Below, piece by piece: positions 44,911 to 53,817 of a stretch of DNA of 64,000 nucleotides; within the stretch, counting starts at the first letter, position 1, and each line of letters opens with the position of its first letter. A program made the translations under genes and the position numbers. The DNA comes from an uncultured Clostridia bacterium (GTDB lineage: Bacteria > Bacillota > Clostridia > Christensenellales > Borkfalkiaceae): the NCBI GenBank assembly GCA_947630325.1, contig CANRHB010000001.1, positions 93,579 to 157,578 on the forward strand, written 5' to 3'. The notes beneath the pieces were generated by a model. That model ran no database searches. It was not told the DNA's origin and saw nothing but the letters and a program-made list of their open reading frames with translations.

Positions 44911-45011
44911 CCCTATCCTTTCCGCACTTCTCCCCTACTCTCCTATTCCCATGCAACGTCTTTTTGCGGGAGCCCTCTTCTCTTTCGATTCCCCTCTGAC
45001 CCATACGCAAA
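44911..45011. repeat. ~101-bp pyrimidine-rich repeat, copy X2
   Basis: Directly downstream of the tRNA-Trp terminator; matches X1. Confidence 0.85.
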
Positions 45012-45041
45012 ACGCCCAACCTGTTTTACAGGTTGGGCGTT
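45008..45041 (-). terminator. tRNA-Trp terminator
   Basis: 12-bp stem ACGCCCAACCTG/CAGGTTGGGCGT, loop TTTTA, T4 on the minus strand. Confidence 0.8.
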
Positions 45042-45042
45042 T

Positions 45043-45117
45043 TGGCAGGGGAGACGCGACTCGAACACGCAACAGACGGTTTTGGAGACCGTTGCTCTAC
45101 CATTGAACTACTCCCCT
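45043..45117 (-). tRNA. trnW: tRNA-Trp (anticodon CCA), CCA-encoded
   Basis: Manual cloverleaf: acceptor AGGGGAG/CTCCCCT, anticodon stem ACGGT/ACCGT, loop CTCCAAA, T-loop TTCGAGT, 75 nt. Confidence 0.9.
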
Positions 45118-45129
45118 ATCGACAAGTAC

Positions 45130-45158
45130 ATTATATAACAATCTTCCCTTTCCGTCAA
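45130..45158 (-). promoter_or_regulatory. tRNA-Trp promoter TTGACG-17-TATAAT
   Basis: Minus-strand hexamers 45158-45153 and 45135-45130, about 12 nt before the tRNA 5' end. Confidence 0.65.
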
Positions 45159-45187
45159 GATATTTTCGGCGGCAAAATCAAACTTTT

Positions 45188-45439
45188 TTATTCGGATTTG
45201 GCCTCTACAAACCATCTTTGCCGTTCGGGTTCGAAATAGAGCCACCGTTCCTTGCCCAAAATAACGCAGGTGAAGCGCACGGGAAGAAGTGCGCTCACCC
45301 GCGCGGGAGCGTGTTCCACCGCTTTGACTTTATCGATCGTAAGCGTTCTCCCATCCTCCCAGACGAGGGAGAGAGGTTTTACTCCCCCCTCCCTCGAAAA
45401 TTTTGCCATGACTTCCACACACACTTTCCGAAGTTGCAT
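45188..45439 (-). CDS. hypothetical 83-aa protein downstream of the tail-fibre-like gene
   Basis: Open frame with weak RBS; no motif recognised; position is that of a tail-fibre assembly/chaperone gene (inference only). Confidence 0.5.
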   Translation of the reverse strand: MQLRKVCVEVMAKFSREGGVKPLSLVWEDGRTLTIDKVKAVEHAPARVSALLPVRFTCVILGKERWLYFEPERQRWFVEAKSE

Positions 45440-45468
45440 CCAACTTAGCTTCGGCAGTTAAGCGAAAA

Positions 45469-47400
45469 TCATGCGCCCAGCTCCTTCCATGCGCTCCACG
45501 AGCCCGACGAATAGACGCGCACGCACACCGAACGGTCCGTTTTGCCCGAGACGGCAAGCTGTGCGCGGTAAGAGTTGTCCGACGAGGACGCCGAGAACAC
45601 GAACCAAACGCAGCTGGACCCGGAAACGTTGTCCACCGAGACGGGGAAGTGGGTGCAGACGTGGGAGGAAGAACCCACCACGCAGAACATGCCGTTCTGC
45701 ATCTCGTTGAAATCGGTGGGCGGGTCGAAATTGAGCGGGAACTGCCTGTCGTCGGTCAGCCCGCCGAGCCCGAGGGTCTGCTTGTCCAGAGTGACGTCGC
45801 CCGTCTTGCCGTTGACGCTCGTGACCCCCGTCGTGAGCGACGTTGCGATGACGACATTGTTCGAACCGTCCCTCGTCACGGAGATGTTCGCCCCCGCTTT
45901 CACGGCGTCCGCACCGAGTTTTGCCCCCGTGACCGCACCGTCGGCGATCTTTTCCTCCGTAACGGCGTCCTTTGCCAGCTTTTTGTTGCCCACGGCAGAC
46001 CCCGAAATATGGTCGCTGAGGATGCTGCCGAAGCGGATCTCCCCGCTCCCCACGCACTGTGCGTCCAAATCGCCGCGCGCGACGGTGTCCTTTGTGGCAA
46101 GCGCGCCGAGCCCGAGGGTGGAGGCAGAAATCGTCACCTCTCCCGTCTGTCCGTTGACGGAAGTCACGCCGCCCGAGCCTCCCTCGGGTTTGTCTTTCAA
46201 ATCGTTGTAACTTCCGCTCGTGGCGACCTTGGCAAGCCCCATGAGGTCGGCCGTCAGAATGACGTTCCCCGTCTGCCCGTTGACGGACAGCACGCCCGAC
46301 TCGGGCGCGTCCACAAGGTCGAGGAAGCTCCCCGAGACCGCCACGTCGGCAAGTCCGAGCGAATCTTTGTCGATCCAAACCTTTCCCGTCTGGCCGTTGA
46401 CCGAATAGACGCCCGTATCGGGGGCGCCGATGAGGTCGCGGTAATTTCCGCTGTAAGCGATGTCCGCAAGCCCGAGGAAGTCCTGGTCGACGATGACGTC
46501 CCCCCTCTCGCCGTTCACGGAGAACACGACGTCCTTTGCGGAAACGGCAAGATCGCCGCCTGCGTCGCGCGCAACGGAAATGTGCTCGCCCGCTTTCACT
46601 GCGCCGTCCGCAAGTTTCTTGCCCGTGACCGCGCCGTCCGCGATGCTCTGCGTTCCAACGCACCCCGCGCCGAGGTCGCCCTGCGCCACCGTGTCCTTTT
46701 TGGCGAGTTTCCCGAGCGTGACGGTGACGTCCTGCGTGCCGTCATAACTCTGGTCCCCGATCTTGAGGGTGTGCCCGAGGGAGCCGCCCGATGCCGAAAG
46801 TTTGAGTTCTTCGAGCTTTTCGCCGTCGAAATAATGAGGAACATAGACGCCGTCCTGCAAGCGGAAGAAGATGCCGCCGGGCGCGAGTTCTTCGGAGGGC
46901 TGCCCAGCTTGATCCTTGCTGACCTCGATGATCTTCATCCCCTCGGTGACGAGCCCCTTCTTGTTGACCCTGACAGCCGAGTAGATCCCCTCCGCGACCT
47001 TATCCGCAAAGATCTCCCAATCCTTTTCATTGAGGAAGGAGAGCACCTGCTCGTGAAGGGAAGCGGAGGGCTTGGGCCGGGGGAATCCGCCCGCGCCCGC
47101 TTCACAGCGCAGACGCACAAAGGAAGAGGCGATCCGCTCTGTGCCGAGCCTGCTGTACACGCCGATGAGCACGCTGTCCGCGTCCAAAGATGTGATCTGC
47201 GGCATTTCGCACTCCGTGCCTGTAAACAGCTTCTCCGCGGCGCCGCCCGCCCACATCACCACGGCAACGCGGGAGGGATAATTGTTCCACTCTTCGTCGA
47301 AGGCGAACTTCAGGCGGTACACGCTGTTAAAAGAAACGACCTCCGAAAAGGTCGTTTCCGCGATCTTGTTTTTGACCGAAATTGCAATTTCTTGGTTCAA
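45469..47400 (-). CDS. phage tail-fibre-like protein with knob-like C-terminus
   Basis: Five SVNG(Q/K/E)(T/R)G(x)V repeats, SGSYNDLKDKP-type tail-fibre repeats, C-terminal W-rich knob; TTG 47400 sits 9 nt after GGAGG. Confidence 0.75.
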   Translation of the reverse strand: MNQEIAISVKNKIAETTFSEVVSFNSVYRLKFAFDEEWNNYPSRVAVVMWAGGAAEKLFTGTECEMPQITSLDADSVLIGVYSRLGTERIASSFVRLRCEAGAGGFPRPKPSASLHEQVLSFLNEKDWEIFADKVAEGIYSAVRVNKKGLVTEGMKIIEVSKDQAGQPSEELAPGGIFFRLQDGVYVPHYFDGEKLEELKLSASGGSLGHTLKIGDQSYDGTQDVTVTLGKLAKKDTVAQGDLGAGCVGTQSIADGAVTGKKLADGAVKAGEHISVARDAGGDLAVSAKDVVFSVNGERGDVIVDQDFLGLADIAYSGNYRDLIGAPDTGVYSVNGQTGKVWIDKDSLGLADVAVSGSFLDLVDAPESGVLSVNGQTGNVILTADLMGLAKVATSGSYNDLKDKPEGGSGGVTSVNGQTGEVTISASTLGLGALATKDTVARGDLDAQCVGSGEIRFGSILSDHISGSAVGNKKLAKDAVTEEKIADGAVTGAKLGADAVKAGANISVTRDGSNNVVIATSLTTGVTSVNGKTGDVTLDKQTLGLGGLTDDRQFPLNFDPPTDFNEMQNGMFCVVGSSSHVCTHFPVSVDNVSGSSCVWFVFSASSSDNSYRAQLAVSGKTDRSVCVRVYSSGSWSAWKELGA

Positions 47401-47433
47401 TGAAAAAATCCTCCATATGGAATTTGTACTTCC

Positions 47434-47439
47434 ATTATA
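47434..47439 (-). promoter_or_regulatory. candidate -10 (TATAAT) for the tail-fibre-like gene
   Basis: Minus strand TTGTATAATGG between the purB terminator and the RBS; -35 poor. Confidence 0.35.
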
Positions 47440-47474
47440 CAATACAAATTGCCACTTTGGGGGGGATAGGTGCC

Positions 47475-47503
47475 AAAAAACCGCGGAATTTCCGCGGTTT
47501 TTT
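47475..47503 (-). terminator. purB terminator
   Basis: CCGCGGA-ATT-TCCGCGG flanked by A6 and T6; lies inside the tracked ORF extension 47401-47520. Confidence 0.8.
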
Positions 47504-47508
47504 ACAAT

Positions 47509-47529
47509 TATGTCTGACATAGTACTATG
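47509..47529. repeat. AT-rich palindrome family copy
   Basis: TATGTC-T-GACATA plus CATAGTACTATG (perfect 12-bp palindrome), 24 nt after the purB stop. Confidence 0.8.
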
Positions 47530-47552
47530 CTAACGTCGTTTTTTCAAAAGTT

Positions 47553-48989
47553 TTACACGTTTACAATGCCCTTTTCACCGAGGAGCGCCTGATTTTCGTT
47601 CAAAATCGGGTCGATTTCATTTTCGATGAATTCGGCTGTCTGCGCGGGCGCGCGCCCCACGAATTTCTTGACGTCGAGAATTTCGCCGAGTTTTCCGTGC
47701 ACTGCCGCAAACAGTTCGTCCCCTTCGATGCGGGAAAGAAGGTCGTTCTCCATCCCCTCTTCCTTCACCCGCCGTCCCGCTTCCTGCGAGAGCCTGCGGA
47801 TACGCTCGTGCAACTCCTGCCTGTTCCCCCCTGCCTTGACGCACTCCATAATGATATTTTCGGTCGCCATAAAGGGAAGTTCCTGCGCTATGTGCTTTTC
47901 GATCGTCTTTTCATACACGACAAGATTTTCAGCCACGTTCAAATAGAGATTGAGAACGGCGTCCGCAGTGAGAAATGCCTGCGCGTTGACGATGCGGCGG
48001 TTCGCCGAGTCGTCGAGGGTGCGCTCGAACCACTGCGTGGAGGCGGTGATCGCGCTGTTCATGGGAAGGGAGATGAGATAGCGGCACAAACTCCCCATTC
48101 TCTCGCACCGCATGGGGTTGCGCTTATACGCCATCGCCGAAGAGCCGATCTGCGACTTTTCGAAGGGTTCTTCCACCTCCTTCATGTTCTGCAAAAGGCG
48201 GATGTCGTTGGAGAATTTATAGGCGCTCTGTGCGATCTGCGAGAGCACGCAGAGCACGTTATAGTCGAATTTGCGGGGGTAAGTCTGCCCCGTCACGCCG
48301 TACACCCTCTCGAAACCGAGTTTTTCGGCCACCCGTTTCTCGAGCTTTTTCACCTTCTCGCCGTCGCCGTCGAAGAGGTCCAAAAAACTCGCCTGCGTGC
48401 CCGTCGTCCCCTTCACCCCGCGCAATTTGAAGCGGGAGAGAAGATTTTCGAGGTTCTCATAATCGAGCATGAGGTCCTGCATCCAAAGGGTTGCGCGCTT
48501 GCCGACCGTCGTCAGCTGGGCGGGTTGCAGATGGGTGAAGCCGAGCGTGGGCGTATCTTTGTAGCGCAGAGCGAACGTCTTGAGTTTGTCGAGCACGTTC
48601 ACGAGTTTTCGTTTGAGAATGAATAGCCCGTCGTGCAAGATGATGAGCTCCGAATTGCAATCCACGAAACAACTCGTTGCGCCGAGGTGGATGATCCCCG
48701 CGGCCTTGGGGGCGGCGTCGCCGTATGCCTTCACGTGCGCCATCACATCGTGCCGCACCTGCCGCTCATACTCGTCCGCGCGCGCATAGTCGATGTCCGT
48801 CTCATGCGCCTTGAGTTCCTCGATCTGCTCATGCGTAATGGGAAGTCCCAACTCCGCCTCGCTCTCGGCAAGGGCGATCCACAGCTTTCTCCAGAGGCGG
48901 AAACGTTTCTCGTCCCCGAAATTCTCCTGCATTTCGCGGCTTGCATAGCGGGTATTCAACGGGTTTTCATAGATCGTCTTGTCCGGCAT
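47553..48989 (-). CDS. purB: adenylosuccinate lyase
   Basis: 478 aa; fumarate-lyase family signature GSSAMAYKRNP. Confidence 0.93.
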   Translation of the reverse strand: MPDKTIYENPLNTRYASREMQENFGDEKRFRLWRKLWIALAESEAELGLPITHEQIEELKAHETDIDYARADEYERQVRHDVMAHVKAYGDAAPKAAGIIHLGATSCFVDCNSELIILHDGLFILKRKLVNVLDKLKTFALRYKDTPTLGFTHLQPAQLTTVGKRATLWMQDLMLDYENLENLLSRFKLRGVKGTTGTQASFLDLFDGDGEKVKKLEKRVAEKLGFERVYGVTGQTYPRKFDYNVLCVLSQIAQSAYKFSNDIRLLQNMKEVEEPFEKSQIGSSAMAYKRNPMRCERMGSLCRYLISLPMNSAITASTQWFERTLDDSANRRIVNAQAFLTADAVLNLYLNVAENLVVYEKTIEKHIAQELPFMATENIIMECVKAGGNRQELHERIRRLSQEAGRRVKEEGMENDLLSRIEGDELFAAVHGKLGEILDVKKFVGRAPAQTAEFIENEIDPILNENQALLGEKGIVNV

Positions 48990-48999
48990 TTTCGCTCCT

Positions 49000-49518
49000 T
49001 TACACCTTTTCGGGCTCGGGATAGTCCACCCCGAAGGTCTCCGCGGTGACTTTTTTCATCTTTTGCTCCTTTATGGGGCGGTCATTATAGTCGGTGCGGG
49101 TGGAAGCGATCTCGTCCACGACCCACATCCCCTCTGTCACTTTGCCGAACGCCGCATACTGCCCGTCGAGATAGGAGGCGTCTGCGTGCATGACAAAGAA
49201 CTGCGACCCCGCGCTATTCGGTGCGGACGTGCGCGCCATGGAGAGGACGCCCCGCTCGTGCTTTAAGGGGTTGGAAAAGCCGTTCGCACGGAATTCTCCC
49301 TTAATGCAGTAGCCTGGACCGCCCGTCCCCGTGCCCTTGGGGTCTCCCCCTTGGATCATGAACCCCGCGATCACGCGGTGAAAGATGACGCCGTCATAAA
49401 ATCCCTTCTTCACAAGGGAGAGGAAATTATTCACGGTGTTGGGTGCGATCTCGGGAAAAAGTTCGGCTTTGAACGTTTTTCCGTTCTCCATTTCGAACGT
49501 TACAATGGGATTTGCCAT
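49000..49518 (-). CDS. ppiB: peptidyl-prolyl cis-trans isomerase, cyclophilin type
   Basis: FHRVIAGFMIQGGDP and GSQFFV motifs. Confidence 0.92.
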   Translation of the reverse strand: MANPIVTFEMENGKTFKAELFPEIAPNTVNNFLSLVKKGFYDGVIFHRVIAGFMIQGGDPKGTGTGGPGYCIKGEFRANGFSNPLKHERGVLSMARTSAPNSAGSQFFVMHADASYLDGQYAAFGKVTEGMWVVDEIASTRTDYNDRPIKEQKMKKVTAETFGVDYPEPEKV

Positions 49519-49528
49519 ATTTTACAAT

Positions 49529-49972
49529 TTACTCCTCGTATTTTTCTACTTTGGTGCCCGCTTCGCGGAAGAGTTCCATCGAGAACTCGTCGGGATAGCC
49601 CTCTTTGTAGACGACCCGTTCGATCCCCGCGTTGATGATCATCTTTGCGCAGATGACGCAGGGCTGGTGGGTGCAATAGAGGGTAGAACCGTCGATGTTC
49701 ACGCCGTACTTCGCCGCCTGTATGATGGCGTTCTGTTCGGCGTGGGCGGCATAGCAGAGCTCTGCGTGGGTGCCGCTCGGAATGTTTTGCTCGATACGGA
49801 GGCACTTCCCCCGCTCAATGCAGGATTTGATGCCCGTCGGCGCGCCGTTATAGCCCGTCGCCATCACCCGTCTGCCCTTCACGATGACCGCCCCCACTTT
49901 GCGGCGGAGGCAGCTTGCCCAAGTTCCCACCTGTTCGGTAAGCTCCATAAACCGTTGATCCCACTTTTCCAT
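49529..49972 (-). CDS. dCMP deaminase (ComEB-like)
   Basis: HAEQNAI and PCVICAKMI zinc-binding motifs. Confidence 0.9.
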   Translation of the reverse strand: MEKWDQRFMELTEQVGTWASCLRRKVGAVIVKGRRVMATGYNGAPTGIKSCIERGKCLRIEQNIPSGTHAELCYAAHAEQNAIIQAAKYGVNIDGSTLYCTHQPCVICAKMIINAGIERVVYKEGYPDEFSMELFREAGTKVEKYEE

Positions 49973-50042
49973 AACCTTCCTCCTTTTTCGATTATATCAT
50001 AGATATCCGAAAATGGCAAGAGTTTTTCTCCACCTCAAACGA

Positions 50043-50071
50043 TTGACGGCGTTCTCCTTTTTTCATATAAT
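50043..50071 (+). promoter_or_regulatory. promoter TTGACG-17-TATAAT ending 6 nt before ATG 50078: leaderless candidate
   Basis: Hexamers at 50043-50048 and 50066-50071; only AAAGGT separates the -10 from the ATG. Confidence 0.5.
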
Positions 50072-50077
50072 AAAGGT

Positions 50078-51175
50078 ATGAAAGCGGTTTCGCAAAAAAA
50101 GAAAGGGATCCTCCTCTGTACCATGGGGATCGTCTGCAACCTATGCCTGTCCGCGGCAAAGATCGCCGTGGGGCTCTTTTTCGGCTTTGTGTCGATGATG
50201 GCGGACGGTTTCAACAACTTGAGCGATTGCGGGAGCGGCGCGGTCGCCCTCGTCTCCCTCTTCATCGCCGAAAAGCCCGCCGACCGCGAACACCCCTTCG
50301 GGCACCGCCGCGCGGAGTACATCGCCGCGCTGATCACGGGTTGCTTCGTGATCGCCGTTGCGGTAGAACTCTTGCGGGAATCGATCGAAAATATCCTTCT
50401 CACCTCCGAACCGGCGGGGGCTTTCTATGTCTATCTCGTGCTCGGGATCTCCGTCGTCGTCAAACTCGGCATGTTCGTCCTCTACCGTTTATATGCGAAG
50501 AAATACGATTCGCCCTCCCTCAAGGCGGCGGCAACGGACAGCCTCTGCGACTGTATTGCCACCTTTGCGGTCGCCGTCGGAGCCGCGCTTGTCCCCTACC
50601 TCCCCTCGGCGGACGGCTGGGCGGGCATCGCCGTCTCCCTGTTCATTCTTTGGCAGGGAGTGAAACTTTTGAAGGAGGCAAGCTCCAAACTGCTCGGGCA
50701 GGCGGATCCCGACCTTGCGGAGCGCATCAAGGCGATCTTCCTTGCAACCGACGGCATTCTCGGCGTTCACGATCTGCAAGTTTACAGTTACGGAAAGGAC
50801 GCCGTATTCGCAACCATCCACGCCGAAATGGACGCGGGACTTTCGATGCTTGCGGCGCACACCGTGATCGACGGGCTCGAAATGCAGGTCAAAAAGGAGA
50901 CGGGCGTGCGCCTTACCGTGCACCTCGACCCCGTGGACCTGACCAATTTGGAGGAATCGCGCCTTCGGATCAAGGTGACGGAGGCGGCGCGTGCGCTTGC
51001 GGACGGCGCGGAACTGCACGATTTCCGCCTCATCCCCGACACGAACAGGGTGGAATTCGACGTGGGCGTTCCATACAACTGCCGCCGCACGGACGAGGAA
51101 CTCAGCGAAGCGCTTACAAAAATCGTGGGCGCTTTCGGCGACTTCGAGCCCGTCATCCGCATCGAACGCGAATAA
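50078..51175 (+). CDS. cation diffusion facilitator family transporter
   Basis: Six TM, SMMADGFNNLSD and C-terminal cation-efflux dimerisation domain. Confidence 0.88.
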   Translation: MKAVSQKKKGILLCTMGIVCNLCLSAAKIAVGLFFGFVSMMADGFNNLSDCGSGAVALVSLFIAEKPADREHPFGHRRAEYIAALITGCFVIAVAVELLRESIENILLTSEPAGAFYVYLVLGISVVVKLGMFVLYRLYAKKYDSPSLKAAATDSLCDCIATFAVAVGAALVPYLPSADGWAGIAVSLFILWQGVKLLKEASSKLLGQADPDLAERIKAIFLATDGILGVHDLQVYSYGKDAVFATIHAEMDAGLSMLAAHTVIDGLEMQVKKETGVRLTVHLDPVDLTNLEESRLRIKVTEAARALADGAELHDFRLIPDTNRVEFDVGVPYNCRRTDEELSEALTKIVGAFGDFEPVIRIERE

Positions 51176-51264
51176 CAATCTTTTCTTCTTCCCGCTTATA
51201 TGAGAAAAGCGGCGAAATGAAAAGAGAATTTACAAAAATTTCCAAAAAAAATTTTATTTTCCGT

Positions 51265-51292
51265 TTGACGGTGCGCCTGTGCTGTTTATAAT
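51265..51292 (+). promoter_or_regulatory. groES promoter TTGACG-16-TATAAT
   Basis: Hexamers at 51265-51270 and 51287-51292; no CIRCE inverted repeat between it and the RBS. Confidence 0.6.
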
Positions 51293-51341
51293 AGATAGGA
51301 ATCAAAGCGGCTGAGCCGCAAACATAAATCGGAGGTAACTC

Positions 51342-51626
51342 ATGAATATCAAACCCTTATTCGACAAAGTCGTCGTGGAGGCGCTCACCGTCGAAGAAAA
51401 GACGAAGAGCGGCTTTATTCTCCCCTCTTCGGCACAGGAAAAGCCCCAGACATGCGTGGTTGTAGCGGTCGGCCCCGGCGGGATCGTGGACGGCAAGGAG
51501 ACCGTGATGCAGGTGAAAGTCGGCGACAAGGTGCTCTGCTCCAAGTACGCGGGGAGCGACTTTAAGGTAGACGGCAAGGAATTCACCATCATCAAACAGA
51601 GCGACATTTTGGCGATCGTGGAATAA
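51342..51626 (+). CDS. groES: co-chaperonin GroES
   Basis: MNIKPLFDKVVV...GFILPSSAQEKPQ...VGDKVLCSKYAG. Confidence 0.95.
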   Translation: MNIKPLFDKVVVEALTVEEKTKSGFILPSSAQEKPQTCVVVAVGPGGIVDGKETVMQVKVGDKVLCSKYAGSDFKVDGKEFTIIKQSDILAIVE

Positions 51627-51640
51627 AAGAATTCCGCACT

Positions 51641-51940
51641 CTCCCCTTGGCGCCCCTGTAGGGGAGCTGTCGCGCCCCGCGCGACTGAGGGGTTCTCGTA
51701 AAACCCTTTCCCCCGCTTCGCGGGTACTTTCCCTAAAAGGGACAGCAAGGGGCAAGCAAAACCCCCTCCTCGGGAGGAGGATCAAGGGGGTGGGCAAACA
51801 CTTGGCGTGAACACGCCACTCCGAACCACCCGCACTTGGCGCCCCTGTAGGGGAGCTGTCGCGCCCCGCGCGACTGAGGGGTTCTCATAAAACCCTTTCC
51901 CCCGCTTCGTGGGTACTTTCCCCAAAAGGGACAGCAAGCC
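51641..51940. repeat. mosaic palindromic-module cluster F (inside the groES-groEL spacer)
   Basis: Two ~100-bp M4-type units (51647-51746, 51835-51935) separated by M2 hairpin CCCCCTCCTCGGGAGGAGG. Confidence 0.9.
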
Positions 51941-51977
51941 CCTCTCATCAACATCAAAAAATATCAATCAGGAGTAA

Positions 51978-53609
<1,632 letters not shown>

Positions 53610-53651
53610 TTCACGAAATTCTTTTCTGAGAAAAAACAAGATTATAATGAT

Positions 53652-53680
53652 AAAAGGGCTGAAAAGCCCTTTTATTTTTT
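53652..53680 (+). terminator. groEL terminator
   Basis: AAAAGGGCT-GAAA-AGCCCTTTT then ATTTTTT. Confidence 0.8.
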
Positions 53681-53693
53681 AGAACGCAAAAAA

Positions 53694-53796
53694 CTTGGCG
53701 CCCCTTGCAGGGGAGCTGTCACGAGCTTGCGAGTGACTGAGGGGTTTTCGGAGAACCACCCGCTTCGCGGGTACTTTCCCTTATCGGGACAGCAAG
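53694..53796. repeat. mosaic palindromic-module cluster G (single M4-type unit)
   Basis: CTTGGCGCCCCTTGCAGGGGAGCTGTC...GACTGAGGGG...CCCGCTTCGCGGG...GGGACAGCAAG, same layout as the cluster F units. Confidence 0.9.
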
Positions 53797-53817
53797 AGGA
53801 CGCTATGCAGATCTTCG

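Noticed and set aside
45188-47520. Intact prophage around the tail-fibre-like gene, and the longer ORF start at 47520
   Set aside because: No other phage structural, lysis or replication genes lie within 15 kb either side. The upstream extension 47401-47520 contains the purB terminator hairpin and an AT-rich palindrome, so TTG 47400 with its GGAGG RBS is the credible start.
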